Of a stretch of DNA of 64,000 nt, positions 49,841 to 59,480 are shown piece after piece (position 1 is the stretch's first letter; each line of letters opens with the position of its first letter). Under the pieces are notes generated by a model, which searched no databases, was not told the origin of the DNA, and saw only the letters and a program-made list of their open reading frames with translations. This DNA comes from a virus (Duplodnaviria > Caudoviricetes): the IMG/VR virus record IMGVR_UViG_3300030109_002859, positions 1,885 through 65,884 of that record, one strand, 5' to 3'. The position numbers and the translations under genes were made by a program.

Positions 49841-50227
49841 TTATTTTGGATATATAGCAAAGGTATCGGCATATTCAGCCAAACAATAACCTTGGGCTCT
49901 TCTATACCCATATTGTGTTTTACTACAACCCCTATACCTAATTCTAAAATTACCCGTTCTCATCATATTCCTAATAGTCGGGTTCCACCTATACATCATA
50001 GGAATATCTTTATAACAAGCTTGTTCAAGATAAGGAGCTTCATAATATTCTAACCTTAATTCAGGTTGATTCTGATTAGCTTCATATAATTCCATAGGAT
50101 TGTGTGCATATTGATAGACATTCATAGTAAATGTCCTATTATCAAAACCAAAAGCTCTTGGAACTTTCGTATCAGCAAAATCTCTCATATAAATACCTTC
50201 AGTATCAGTTGTTATAACTTCATTCAT
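49841..50227 (-). CDS. Hypothetical protein in inverted island
   Basis: AAGGA upstream on the minus strand, TAATG coupling, ends at the bidirectional terminator. Confidence 0.7.
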   Translation of the reverse strand: MNEVITTDTEGIYMRDFADTKVPRAFGFDNRTFTMNVYQYAHNPMELYEANQNQPELRLEYYEAPYLEQACYKDIPMMYRWNPTIRNMMRTGNFRIRYRGCSKTQYGYRRAQGYCLAEYADTFAIYPK

Positions 50228-50451
50228 TACAAGTTTTCCTTTCCGTAAATTTCTATTAATCTTGTGTCGTTTAATCTTTTTTCTCTCAACATATCGTAGT
50301 AAGGTCTATCTTTTGCGGCATAATAGAATTTCATAGTCCCATACATAAACATAAATTCTTCTAATCTTTTCAGTTGTTCTATTAGAAATCTTAGAAAAGG
50401 AACAATACCTTTTCCAATCACATACTTACCGATTATCATCCTAACTAACAT
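50227..50451 (-). CDS. Hypothetical protein, probably leaderless
   Basis: ATG begins 6 nt downstream of a sigma70-type -10. Confidence 0.6.
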   Translation of the reverse strand: MLVRMIIGKYVIGKGIVPFLRFLIEQLKRLEEFMFMYGTMKFYYAAKDRPYYDMLREKRLNDTRLIEIYGKENL

Positions 50452-50485
50452 ACTATAATATACCTATTCTTTTTGTAAAAGTCAA
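50452..50485 (-). promoter_or_regulatory. Sigma70-type promoter TTGACT-N17-TATATT
   Basis: Minus strand: -35 at 50485-50480, -10 at 50462-50457. Confidence 0.75.
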
Positions 50486-50580
50486 GCGTTTTCTTCAAAT
50501 AATTCTTCTTCACAATCATCACAAAGAAAGAAACCATCTATTTCAACGCCACATTCTTCACATATAATCTCATCAATCAT
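50482..50580 (-). CDS. 32-aa acidic CxxC..CxxC zinc-ribbon miniprotein (MIDEIICEECGVEIDGFFLCDDCEEELFEENA), missed by the ORF track
   Basis: Translated by hand; leaderless start; TGA overlaps the next -35. Confidence 0.65.
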   Translation of the reverse strand: MIDEIICEECGVEIDGFFLCDDCEEELFEENA

Positions 50581-50614
50581 ACTATAATATACAATGAATA
50601 AATGACAATGTCAA
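50581..50614 (-). promoter_or_regulatory. Sigma70-type promoter TTGACA-N17-TATATT
   Basis: Minus strand: -35 at 50614-50609, -10 at 50591-50586. Confidence 0.78.
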
Positions 50615-50723
50615 GTAAAAACTTCTAAAAAACTTCTAAAACTATATCATATTTAGTATTCACTTTTTTTGACTTTCTTATATTTATTATTGTAATAAGA
50701 AAATTCTTTATAGGAGAACAACA

Positions 50724-51212
50724 ATGGCTGAAATGCTTGACCCAAATGATATATTTTTTACGCCGTTTGAACCAAAAGTGGCAAATCGTTTCGTTATGGA
50801 AATTGACGGAATACCAGCATATCTTGTTAAAACAATGGCAAGACCTTCAATTCAATTTGAAACAATCACACTTGACCATATAAATGTCAAGAGATATGTG
50901 AAAGGTAAAGCAGCTTGGCAACCTATAACAGTGACCTTATACGACCCAATCGTTCCATCAGGAGCACAATCAGTTATGGAATGGGTAAGACAACACCACG
51001 AATCAGTAACAGGTCGTGATGGATACTCAGACCAATACAAAAAAGATATTACATTCAATGTATTAGGGCCAGTCGGTGATAAAGTTGAAGAGTGGACATT
51101 AAAAGGTGCATTCATTCAACAAGCAGATTTTAGTGATATGGACTATTCTGCAAATACACCAGCAGAAGTTTCATTAACACTTCAGTATGACTACGCAATA
51201 CTACAATTCTAA
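50724..51212 (+). CDS. gp19: Tail tube protein (gp19-like)
   Basis: FEPKVANRF, WQPITVTLYDPI, YKKDI..LGPVGDKVEEWTLKGAF, LQYD. Confidence 0.93.
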   Translation: MAEMLDPNDIFFTPFEPKVANRFVMEIDGIPAYLVKTMARPSIQFETITLDHINVKRYVKGKAAWQPITVTLYDPIVPSGAQSVMEWVRQHHESVTGRDGYSDQYKKDITFNVLGPVGDKVEEWTLKGAFIQQADFSDMDYSANTPAEVSLTLQYDYAILQF

Positions 51213-51223
51213 GGAGATAAATT

Positions 51224-51439
51224 ATGTGGGCTATGTTTAAAGACGACAATGATATTAATGAAAAAGCAGTAATTGGTTTTTGTTCATTTGCAGTAATGAC
51301 ATTATTTGCAGTAGTTGATTTAACAACAGGAATTTGGGGAAAAGATTTAGTTATAAATGATATGGTATACAATTCATTTGTATTCGTAACATTAGGTTCT
51401 TTCGGTATCGCAGGTGCTGAAAAGATAATGAAAAAATAA
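51224..51439 (+). CDS. Small two-TM membrane protein (holin-like?)
   Basis: Two hydrophobic segments, basic C-terminus, AAGGAG SD. Confidence 0.5.
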   Translation: MWAMFKDDNDINEKAVIGFCSFAVMTLFAVVDLTTGIWGKDLVINDMVYNSFVFVTLGSFGIAGAEKIMKK

Positions 51440-51473
51440 TAAGTTATTAATCTTATATAATCAAGGAGTAAAA

Positions 51474-52247
51474 ATGGCTGAAAATCAGTATGGATTTCCT
51501 ACTGAGGTTCTATCTTTACCATCACAGGGTTTATTGTATCCTGAAGATAGTCCTTTGCGTAGTGGAACAATAGATGTCAAATATATGACAGCAAAAGAGG
51601 AAGATATCTTAACTTCCGTAAATCTAATTAATCAAGGTATAGTGATTGACAAACTTTTAGAAAGTGTCATCGCAGATTCAAAAATTAAGTTAGATGATAT
51701 GTTAGTTGGTGATAAAAATGCACTTATGGTTGGAACTCGTGTTTTAGGATATGGTAAAAACTATGAGATTTCAGTTTTAGACCCAGATACAAATGAACGA
51801 GTAGAATACACTATTGACTTAACATCATTAAAACATAGAAAAATAAACGAAAAGGTTTACGAAAATGAAGACACTTTTTCATTTGAATTACCTAATTCTA
51901 AACGAGTAATTGGATTCAAATTACTAACTCATAAAGACGAAGACGAAATAAAACAAACTTTGAAAGACTATGAAAAAGTTGAAAAGCTTACAGGAATTTC
52001 TCAAGGTTTATCTATTCGTATGAAACAATCAATTTTATCAGTAGATGGAAATGACGACAGAAAATTTATTAATGATTTTGTTGATAATGAGTTTTTAGCA
52101 CTTGATACAAGAGCATACAGACAATATGTAGATTCCATTACTCCCGACATTGAGTTGAAGTTTGACTATATGAGTCAAACAGGGAACCAACATAGGTTGG
52201 ATGTCCCACTCGGGATAGAATTTTTTTGGCCAGCCGCCGGAAAATAG
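51474..52247 (+). CDS. Baseplate hub assembly/tail assembly chaperone (gp26-like)
   Basis: LPSQGLLYP, YMTAKEEDIL, GDKNALM..R..GYG, EFFWP end; between tube and tape measure. Confidence 0.8.
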   Translation: MAENQYGFPTEVLSLPSQGLLYPEDSPLRSGTIDVKYMTAKEEDILTSVNLINQGIVIDKLLESVIADSKIKLDDMLVGDKNALMVGTRVLGYGKNYEISVLDPDTNERVEYTIDLTSLKHRKINEKVYENEDTFSFELPNSKRVIGFKLLTHKDEDEIKQTLKDYEKVEKLTGISQGLSIRMKQSILSVDGNDDRKFINDFVDNEFLALDTRAYRQYVDSITPDIELKFDYMSQTGNQHRLDVPLGIEFFWPAAGK

Positions 52248-52443
52248 GGCGGCCATACACGAAGAACTCTTTAACATTGCCTATTATGGTAATGGATTCA
52301 ATCACAACGAACTCTACAATATGCCAGTTCCTTTAAGACGATTTTATGGTAGGAAATTAATAGACGCAAAAAAGAAAGAAGCTGATTCATATAAGCAATC
52401 TCAAGATTCACAAATCTCTCGTCCAAACTTCCAAAAATCTTAA
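52222..52443 (+). CDS. Frameshift-accessed C-terminal extension of the chaperone (gp51/GT-like)
   Basis: +1 frame reads FFGQPPENRAAIHEELFNIAYYGNGFNHNELYNMPVPLRRFY...; no own start; T7 run plus GC hairpin. Confidence 0.7.
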   Translation, partial: FFGQPPENRAAIHEELFNIAYYGNGFNHNELYNMPVPLRRFYGRKLIDAKKKEADSYKQSQDSQISRPNFQKS

Positions 52444-52486
52444 AACTTGATATTTATTATTGAGTAATCACATTCGGAAGAAAACT

Positions 52487-52738
52487 ATGAACAGAAAATT
52501 TGTAAAAGAAAATAAAACATTAGTTAAAGAATTTTTGTCAAACTTAATTATAAAAGTTTTAACAGGAAAAGCACATAAAGATATTCAGAGAAAGCTAGCA
52601 GCTGACCCAAAAATTCAACAACATAAAGCTAATATCAAAAAAATAGAGAAACAGATATTAGACAAGATTGCTCAAAAGCGAAAACAAGACCCTGATTTTG
52701 CTAAAAAGATGAACGCTATTGTTCGCAAATACGCATAA
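52487..52738 (+). CDS. Small basic helical protein
   Basis: ATATTTATT at 52450; ATG 52487. Confidence 0.6.
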   Translation: MNRKFVKENKTLVKEFLSNLIIKVLTGKAHKDIQRKLAADPKIQQHKANIKKIEKQILDKIAQKRKQDPDFAKKMNAIVRKYA

Positions 52739-52761
52739 AAACAAACCCAAAAGAGAAATAA

Positions 52762-54147
52762 ATGCAAGATTTACTTAATGTCGACTTTACTGATATGACT
52801 CCCGCTCAGGTGCAGGGATTCTTAAATGATGTAAAAAAAGAAATCGCCCGTATTATAAAGCAAGGTGATGACGGAGATGCGGAAAGACTTAAAAAGCTTA
52901 AAGGTATAACCAGAGAAGCTACTGACTTTCTTAAAATTACGGACGAAACCAAAGATATACAGATGGAACTTGTAAGACTTCAGCAAGAGTCACTTACCAT
53001 AGCTGATACGGCTGCAGACGCAGCTAAAAATTTTGTAAGCCAGATAAAGTCACAAATAGAGACTATCCCGATTATTGGCTCAGCCATAGCCGGTTTTATT
53101 GACTTTGACGCAGTGGGTGATAGAGTTAAATTAGCGGTATTGTCACCTTTCGCTAACATTGCGCCAGCATTAGATAGTTCAAAAGCTCCGTTAGAAAGAT
53201 TTGGTCTCGCGTTTAAAGCCGCTTTAGGCCCAATAGTTGCAATCTTAGCAATAATTGCAGGAGCAATAACTGCAGCACTTCTTAAAGTCAGAAATTTATC
53301 AAAAGAATTGGGAACTTCATTTGCCCAAGCCAGTCGATTAGCCAAAGAAACTACAGTGGCCGGTTTTGGGTTGTTAGGGACAGGTCAAGACGCTAGTGCA
53401 ATAGCAGGTGAAATAGTAGACACTTTCGGTTCATTATCAAATGTAACGGCAAACAACATTAAAGATATTGGAAGATTAGCAACAAGATTTGGTGCAGCAT
53501 CTAAAGATATCGTTGCCTTCCAAAAGTCATTGACGGATACATTCGGAGTATCAGTTAATCAAAGTGAAGCGATTGTAGAAAATGTTGGTAAATTAGCAGA
53601 AGCAGAGGGTGTAGCAGCTGGTAAAGTTATCGCTGACATAGCAGCAAATACTGAAAAGTTTGCTGAGTTCGCAAAAGGTGGGGCAGATGGATTTGCAAAT
53701 GCAGCTATTGAGGCAGCAAAAATTGGAAGTAATTTGTCAGCAGTGTTAGGAGCAGCAGATAAATTATTAGACTTCGAATCAAGTTTAACAAATGAATTCG
53801 AAGCACAAGTAATAACAGGAAAGTCTTTCAATCTTGAACGAGCAAGACAACTTGCACTACAAGGTGAAATAGGACAACTATCTCAAGAACTCGCATCACA
53901 AGTTGGTTCATTAGGTGACATTCAAGCTATGAATGTAATAGAAAGACGTTCAATAGCTTCAGCGATTGGAGTTTCCGCTGATGACTTGATGAAGATAGCT
54001 CGTGGTGAAGCAGTGCAGGCAGAAGAAACAGTTCAAGATTTACAAAAGAAAACTAATGATATTTTAAAAGCTGGATTTAGTAAAGACGAAGAAAAATTAA
54101 ATGAGTTGATTAATCAACAAGCACAAAATCGAACTATATATGAGTAG
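52762..54147 (+). CDS. Tape-measure-like protein
   Basis: Ala-rich helical, hydrophobic segment, LLDFESSL..EFEA..ITGK..NLERARQLAL; synteny. Confidence 0.75.
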   Translation: MQDLLNVDFTDMTPAQVQGFLNDVKKEIARIIKQGDDGDAERLKKLKGITREATDFLKITDETKDIQMELVRLQQESLTIADTAADAAKNFVSQIKSQIETIPIIGSAIAGFIDFDAVGDRVKLAVLSPFANIAPALDSSKAPLERFGLAFKAALGPIVAILAIIAGAITAALLKVRNLSKELGTSFAQASRLAKETTVAGFGLLGTGQDASAIAGEIVDTFGSLSNVTANNIKDIGRLATRFGAASKDIVAFQKSLTDTFGVSVNQSEAIVENVGKLAEAEGVAAGKVIADIAANTEKFAEFAKGGADGFANAAIEAAKIGSNLSAVLGAADKLLDFESSLTNEFEAQVITGKSFNLERARQLALQGEIGQLSQELASQVGSLGDIQAMNVIERRSIASAIGVSADDLMKIARGEAVQAEETVQDLQKKTNDILKAGFSKDEEKLNELINQQAQNRTIYE

Positions 54148-54156
54148 GACAAACAA

Positions 54157-55434
54157 ATGGCATTAATAGATTTAAAAACAAACCTTGCAGATGTTAAATA
54201 CGATAGGAAAGATTTATCTATCGAACGAGAAAAGAGTGCGGATGCCAACTACACTAAATTTCAAACAGAGGACTTTGCCAGTAAAAAGAGAATAGGTGAA
54301 AGATATCGTGGAACAAACAAAGATGGTGGTTTACTTAGAGGTGGTGCAGCTTTACAAATAGAGAGAACTGCGGAAGACGCGAGACGAACTGGTGAGTTTT
54401 TAACAGAATCAAAAGGTCAACTATTCGTAGCAAAACAATTCTTTTTACAAGCATTCAATGCAGATAGCAATACAAGAATTTATAATCCATTATCTTTAGT
54501 TACAAGTCTACCAAACAATGTAAGTCAAAATAGACACGTAGACACAGGTGATGGAAGTATCGGAGGATTTCTCGGAGGAATCATTGGTCTTCCACGAAAA
54601 AAGAAAAATGGAAAGGGAGCGGTAACACTATTCAGTAAAGATAGGAAAAGAAAATTACAAGTAAATTATGGTGGAGAGATAGGTAATCTAATACACTATA
54701 AAGGTGAAGGAAAGGAAGCAATAGGATTACCAAAAGATTTTATAAAATTTAGAATTAGAGACGCTGTTAATGGTAGGTGGATAATCTTTCCAGCGTTAGT
54801 AAGTGGTATTACAGATAACTCATCACAAACACCAACTGAAATTCAATACATTGGAAGACCCGATAAGGTTTACATCTACGGAACAACAGAAAGAAGCATT
54901 AGTTTTACTCTTAATGTTGTAGCACTAAACAAAGGTGAAATAGAAACTATATGGGATAAAGTAAATTATCTAAAAGGATTAGTCCATCCAGAATATAAAC
55001 AATTCTTTACAGATAATGACAATACAAATTTATTAAGAGAAAATGATTTACAAACAAGACCAGTAGCACCAATTATATATTTAACACTTGGTGATTTACT
55101 TCATAACACACCAGGATTTTTCAAGTCAGTCAACATAACCATTCCTGACAATACTGCTTGGGAGTTAGAAGATGGAAGACAATTTCCACACTTGTGTCAA
55201 ATAGCATTAGATTTCCAATACATCGGAAAAGAAACACCAACTATGACAGGTAAACAATTCGAAGGTGTTGTTGGTCAGAAAATAGATGCCGCAAGAGCGG
55301 CAGCAGCTGAAGCAGCAGCTTCTGCTTCTGCAGCACAACCAAAAGGACCTGATGGTGAAGAGGTAAAAACAAATTCAAAAGGACAAAACTACTACGTAGA
55401 AAATGATTCTGGTAATGCAGTTATAGTGGTTTAG
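54157..55434 (+). CDS. Baseplate/tail tube initiator protein (gp48/gp54-like)
   Basis: DFIKFRI, YIGRPDKVYIY..TERSISF, APIIYLTLGD, WE motifs. Confidence 0.7.
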   Translation: MALIDLKTNLADVKYDRKDLSIEREKSADANYTKFQTEDFASKKRIGERYRGTNKDGGLLRGGAALQIERTAEDARRTGEFLTESKGQLFVAKQFFLQAFNADSNTRIYNPLSLVTSLPNNVSQNRHVDTGDGSIGGFLGGIIGLPRKKKNGKGAVTLFSKDRKRKLQVNYGGEIGNLIHYKGEGKEAIGLPKDFIKFRIRDAVNGRWIIFPALVSGITDNSSQTPTEIQYIGRPDKVYIYGTTERSISFTLNVVALNKGEIETIWDKVNYLKGLVHPEYKQFFTDNDNTNLLRENDLQTRPVAPIIYLTLGDLLHNTPGFFKSVNITIPDNTAWELEDGRQFPHLCQIALDFQYIGKETPTMTGKQFEGVVGQKIDAARAAAAEAAASASAAQPKGPDGEEVKTNSKGQNYYVENDSGNAVIVV

Positions 55435-55442
55435 TAATAAAA

Positions 55443-55736
55443 ATGAGATATAAAAATTCAAGAACATTCAAAGACGAAAATGGAACACGATATTTAAATC
55501 GTATAGAGTATCCATCTATACCTATTAGTGACTCTGATGTATTTATTCGTGGACAATTCGGAACAACATTCTCTAATTTGGCATTTGAACACTACGGAAA
55601 ACAAGATTTGTGGTGGATAATTTCAAGAGCAAACAATGAAAATAGAGGTTCTATGTATGTTACGCCAGGTAAAGAATATAGAATACCAAAAAATGTTACA
55701 TCTATATTACAAGACTATAACGAACTAAACAAGTAA
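55443..55736 (+). CDS. LysM-like baseplate wedge protein (gp53/tail X-like)
   Basis: LAFEHYGKQDLWWIISRAN..PG..YRIP. Confidence 0.8.
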   Translation: MRYKNSRTFKDENGTRYLNRIEYPSIPISDSDVFIRGQFGTTFSNLAFEHYGKQDLWWIISRANNENRGSMYVTPGKEYRIPKNVTSILQDYNELNK

Positions 55737-55739
55737 AAA

Positions 55740-58700
55740 ATGATATCACAACGACCAATACATCCAGCGGTTCAAAGAGCATTGTTCAGAAGAATAGATG
55801 CGTTGAATAGGAATAGAGTGGGGGCAGGTGACCCTTTTTTTACTTCAACTGCATTAGAACCACAAGACTCATCCAATCCAATAGAACAACATCTATATAA
55901 AGCGATTTGGGCAAGGGTTACTGCAGCAATAACATCACCTGGAGTCAAAGGTCAAGAGGTTGCTGATAAACCAATTAGTTTTAGTGGTTACTTCGATACC
56001 AATAAAAACACACAAATAAATCGTCCATTAACTTTTAACAAATACAATGATGAAGCAGAAAGAGAATTAGCTCAAGACCCTACATCAATGAGAGGTGAGG
56101 CCGGAATAACAAGTATTTCAATAACACAAAAAAGTTTTTTTGTAAATCAAATTGAAATAGCTTGGTCTTGTCCAGACCCAATTGAATTTGAAGAAAGAAT
56201 AGAACCAACATTTTTAAGACACGGTCAAGTAGTAGCGATTGAATTTGGATATGGATTAAATGATAAAGAATTAGACTACCAAGCTTCAGAAATAACAAGT
56301 GATGAAATGGCTGCTTTATTGTCGGATAACTACAAAAGAAATTTAGCCAGAGCAGGAAGTTATTGTTGTGAAGTTGGTACGGTTTCAAATTACAAATATG
56401 AATTAGGAGCTGATGGTAGTTATACAGGAACAATTACACTTCATTCAAGGGGACAGAATGTATTGAATGAAACAATACAAAATGAAGATGATGCGAGTGA
56501 AGAAACACCAGCTCAACTCACACCGACCATAGCTTCAGAAGCGTTAAAAGTAAGAGAGGCAGCAAAAGGAACAAAAAATATAGACGGAACATTTGATAAA
56601 TTACCAAAACCAGATGCCGCACGAACACTTCGTCAACTCAAGAAAACAGAAGCAACCTATAAATCAGTAGTAAGAAATCTTGATAAAGTTATCGACTATT
56701 ATATACAAGCAGATACTTATGTTGACCCAATAAATTGGGGACAACTTAATACAATGGCTGCAGTTGCAGCCGGTGGAGGAGCAGTAGTAGGTGGTGTAGC
56801 AGGAGCAGGTTTATTTTCAATTCCAGGAGCAGCGATTGGTGCAACAGTAGGAGCTGCCAGTATTTATTTAGGACGTTTTAACAAGTTGGCAAGGCAATCA
56901 TTTGTAAAATATTGGCAAGATGGTGAACTAAGAGAACACTATGATATTTCTATGGCAGGATATTTAGAGGGATTAGGTGATTTTAACTTCTTGGATAGTC
57001 TTCCGACACAATTAGGAGGTGGAGGTATTGAAACTGGTAAAATCAGAACAAATGCAGGTGATATAAAACTTTGGGCTAAAAATGGAATTATGAAATTTAC
57101 TGTTCACAATGATGCGATATCTGCCAATGCACTTATGGAAGTTCCCGAAGGATTAAAAGATAGGTATCTTATCAGTTGGGGTTGGTTTGAAGACCACATA
57201 TTAGGAAGTTATTTTAATATTAAGTTTAAAACCCGAACAGGTCATCAAAAAAATAATGAAGAAGAATATTTTCAAGAAGTAAGAAGTGTAGATACTGTTG
57301 AATTTATTCAGAGATATGCTAAGGAAACTAACAAACCAGAAGAATCAGATACAGGTCTTAAACCATCAGTAGAAGCAGACATCCCAAACATTTGTCACTT
57401 ATCTAAAGATGTATATACATTAGGATTAGATAGTGTTGTATTGCCTGGAAGAACACATCCAAATGTTAAAAAGACTTTTGCTGAAATGCCTGATGATAAA
57501 AAATTATTGGCAAGTATGATATATGATAAAAAAACAAGAATTGAATTAGCCAGAGTAAGAGCGGTATATGATTACATTGATAAATCTTTTCAACCATTTG
57601 TAGTTGCGCAAAATGGTTCAGATGAATATGGTTCTATAAGAAATATGGTATTTCCAATCGAGATGTTCCAAAAACATTTTGAAAATATGAATTCATTACA
57701 ACAAGGTATGAGAAGTTTTTGGGCAGATGTAGGAAATATGTATGGTGGATTTTGGTCATTCAATATAGCACAAGACCCAAAGAAAACAGGTAGAGTGATG
57801 GTGTATGATAACTTAGTTCCACCACCAATACCAAAACCGGCAGAACCAAAGAAACACTCCAGAAGAGAAGATTTTATTGATTACAATGAATTGAAAAATG
57901 GGGAAGCAAGACCACAATCTTTGTTTGTATTTCCATTATATTCAAAGAATTCAATTGTAAAATCTTTTGATTTATCGGTTAACATTAGTTCACAAGCAGC
58001 AACCATAGCAAATTATGCGACCAATACATCAATAGCAGGTTCAGTTACAAAAGAGGGTAATCAAGATTTACAATTAAAAGCATATGCAGCATTATTAAGT
58101 AGTGATAAGAAAAACTCAAATACAGGTGGTAGTGGTAAAGGTGATAATGATAATGTGCCACTACTTAAAGAGTTTATATTTCCAATCGATAATGAAGATG
58201 GTATAGGTTTAGGAACACATCCAGATGACTATACAAGTGAAAATCTATGGCATGCAGGAAAAGCATTATCAGATTATGGTATTGCTTTTCCAGATGTTAA
58301 GTCAATAGGTGAAGATTTAAAACAAATCGATGAAGATATAGAATTAGAAAGAAACGAATTCGTAGGTGGTATTGGGATTTATGATAAAAATGGAAACTTC
58401 TCTACATACTTCAAGAAAAGAATGAAGTATTTAATCAATAATGGATTGGAAGAAAATTCAGATTCTAATATAAAAAAGAGACAAGTAATTATACCGATTC
58501 AAATCTCAATGACATTAGATGGGGTAGGAGGTTTGTTGCCTGGTGATTTATTTAAAGTAGATTATCTACCAAAAATATACAGAAAACATACATACTTTCA
58601 AGTATCAAATGTTGGACACACTGTAGGTACATCAGGTTGGGAAACGAAGATAGAAGCGATGATGAGATTAGATATGGCAACTTTTACAGAAGACCCTGAT

Positions 58701-59435
58701 AACGAAGAAATAATAAAACCACCTTTAACAGAAGATGAAAAGTGGAATATAACTCAATTACTTACAGGAGAAGAATTTTTAATTCAATCTGCAATTGAAG
58801 TGGTTGAAGCAAAAATAGATATGTTTGATAGAAAAATCAAAGCAGCAAAAGAAAGACTTAAGGTCAGAGACCCAGAACGAGCAAGAGACTTAGCAACAGA
58901 AAAGGGTAGTGATGATTTTAAAATAGAGGTATCGGAAGCAGAAATTGAAAAGATGAAAGCAGATTTTGGTCTACAAGGTGAAGAATTCTTTAGTGCAGAG
59001 GGTTGGGCAGCAATAAAAGAAAGTTTACAAACTTCTTGGCAATATGTAAGATTTTGGATAAAAGAAGTTAAAGAAGAATATAAGAAATTGGAAGGTGAAA
59101 CACTTACAGAAAAAAGACAAAACGCTGGCGCATTTGTGGTGGATGATATTTATCGTAATTTTGATATGGATGATGTCGTAACTTCAGTTGAAGCAGAAAA
59201 GAAAGCGATTATCGAAAAAATAATACAAGAATTAGATGAACTGATTGTTAATAGAAATACATTAATGCAAGTTAAAGGTAATTATGTTGGCTTGGAATCA
59301 AATGATGATAAACCAATAACTGACGGACACAAAAACAATAAAGATAAAAATTCAAATCCATCAGATAATAGTGGAAAGCCAGATAGTTTCAAAGGTGGAT
59401 TCGACTTTAATCAAAGTAAAATGGATATGAGATAA
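55740..59435 (+). CDS. Large baseplate hub-like protein
   Basis: FLRHGQVVAIEFGY near N-terminus; ISMTLDGVGGLLPGDLFKVDYLP..FQV..VGH..GWETKI; synteny. Confidence 0.65.
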   Translation: MISQRPIHPAVQRALFRRIDALNRNRVGAGDPFFTSTALEPQDSSNPIEQHLYKAIWARVTAAITSPGVKGQEVADKPISFSGYFDTNKNTQINRPLTFNKYNDEAERELAQDPTSMRGEAGITSISITQKSFFVNQIEIAWSCPDPIEFEERIEPTFLRHGQVVAIEFGYGLNDKELDYQASEITSDEMAALLSDNYKRNLARAGSYCCEVGTVSNYKYELGADGSYTGTITLHSRGQNVLNETIQNEDDASEETPAQLTPTIASEALKVREAAKGTKNIDGTFDKLPKPDAARTLRQLKKTEATYKSVVRNLDKVIDYYIQADTYVDPINWGQLNTMAAVAAGGGAVVGGVAGAGLFSIPGAAIGATVGAASIYLGRFNKLARQSFVKYWQDGELREHYDISMAGYLEGLGDFNFLDSLPTQLGGGGIETGKIRTNAGDIKLWAKNGIMKFTVHNDAISANALMEVPEGLKDRYLISWGWFEDHILGSYFNIKFKTRTGHQKNNEEEYFQEVRSVDTVEFIQRYAKETNKPEESDTGLKPSVEADIPNICHLSKDVYTLGLDSVVLPGRTHPNVKKTFAEMPDDKKLLASMIYDKKTRIELARVRAVYDYIDKSFQPFVVAQNGSDEYGSIRNMVFPIEMFQKHFENMNSLQQGMRSFWADVGNMYGGFWSFNIAQDPKKTGRVMVYDNLVPPPIPKPAEPKKHSRREDFIDYNELKNGEARPQSLFVFPLYSKNSIVKSFDLSVNISSQAATIANYATNTSIAGSVTKEGNQDLQLKAYAALLSSDKKNSNTGGSGKGDNDNVPLLKEFIFPIDNEDGIGLGTHPDDYTSENLWHAGKALSDYGIAFPDVKSIGEDLKQIDEDIELERNEFVGGIGIYDKNGNFSTYFKKRMKYLINNGLEENSDSNIKKRQVIIPIQISMTLDGVGGLLPGDLFKVDYLPKIYRKHTYFQVSNVGHTVGTSGWETKIEAMMRLDMATFTEDPDNEEIIKPPLTEDEKWNITQLLTGEEFLIQSAIEVVEAKIDMFDRKIKAAKERLKVRDPERARDLATEKGSDDFKIEVSEAEIEKMKADFGLQGEEFFSAEGWAAIKESLQTSWQYVRFWIKEVKEEYKKLEGETLTEKRQNAGAFVVDDIYRNFDMDDVVTSVEAEKKAIIEKIIQELDELIVNRNTLMQVKGNYVGLESNDDKPITDGHKNNKDKNSNPSDNSGKPDSFKGGFDFNQSKMDMR

Positions 59436-59480
59436 ATTACATTTTGATTAATTAAATCAATACTTATAATAAAGGTTATA

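Noticed and set aside
50617-50641. AAAACTTCTA tandem duplication
   Set aside because: Only two short AT-rich copies; most simply part of an UP-like tract upstream of the minus-strand promoter
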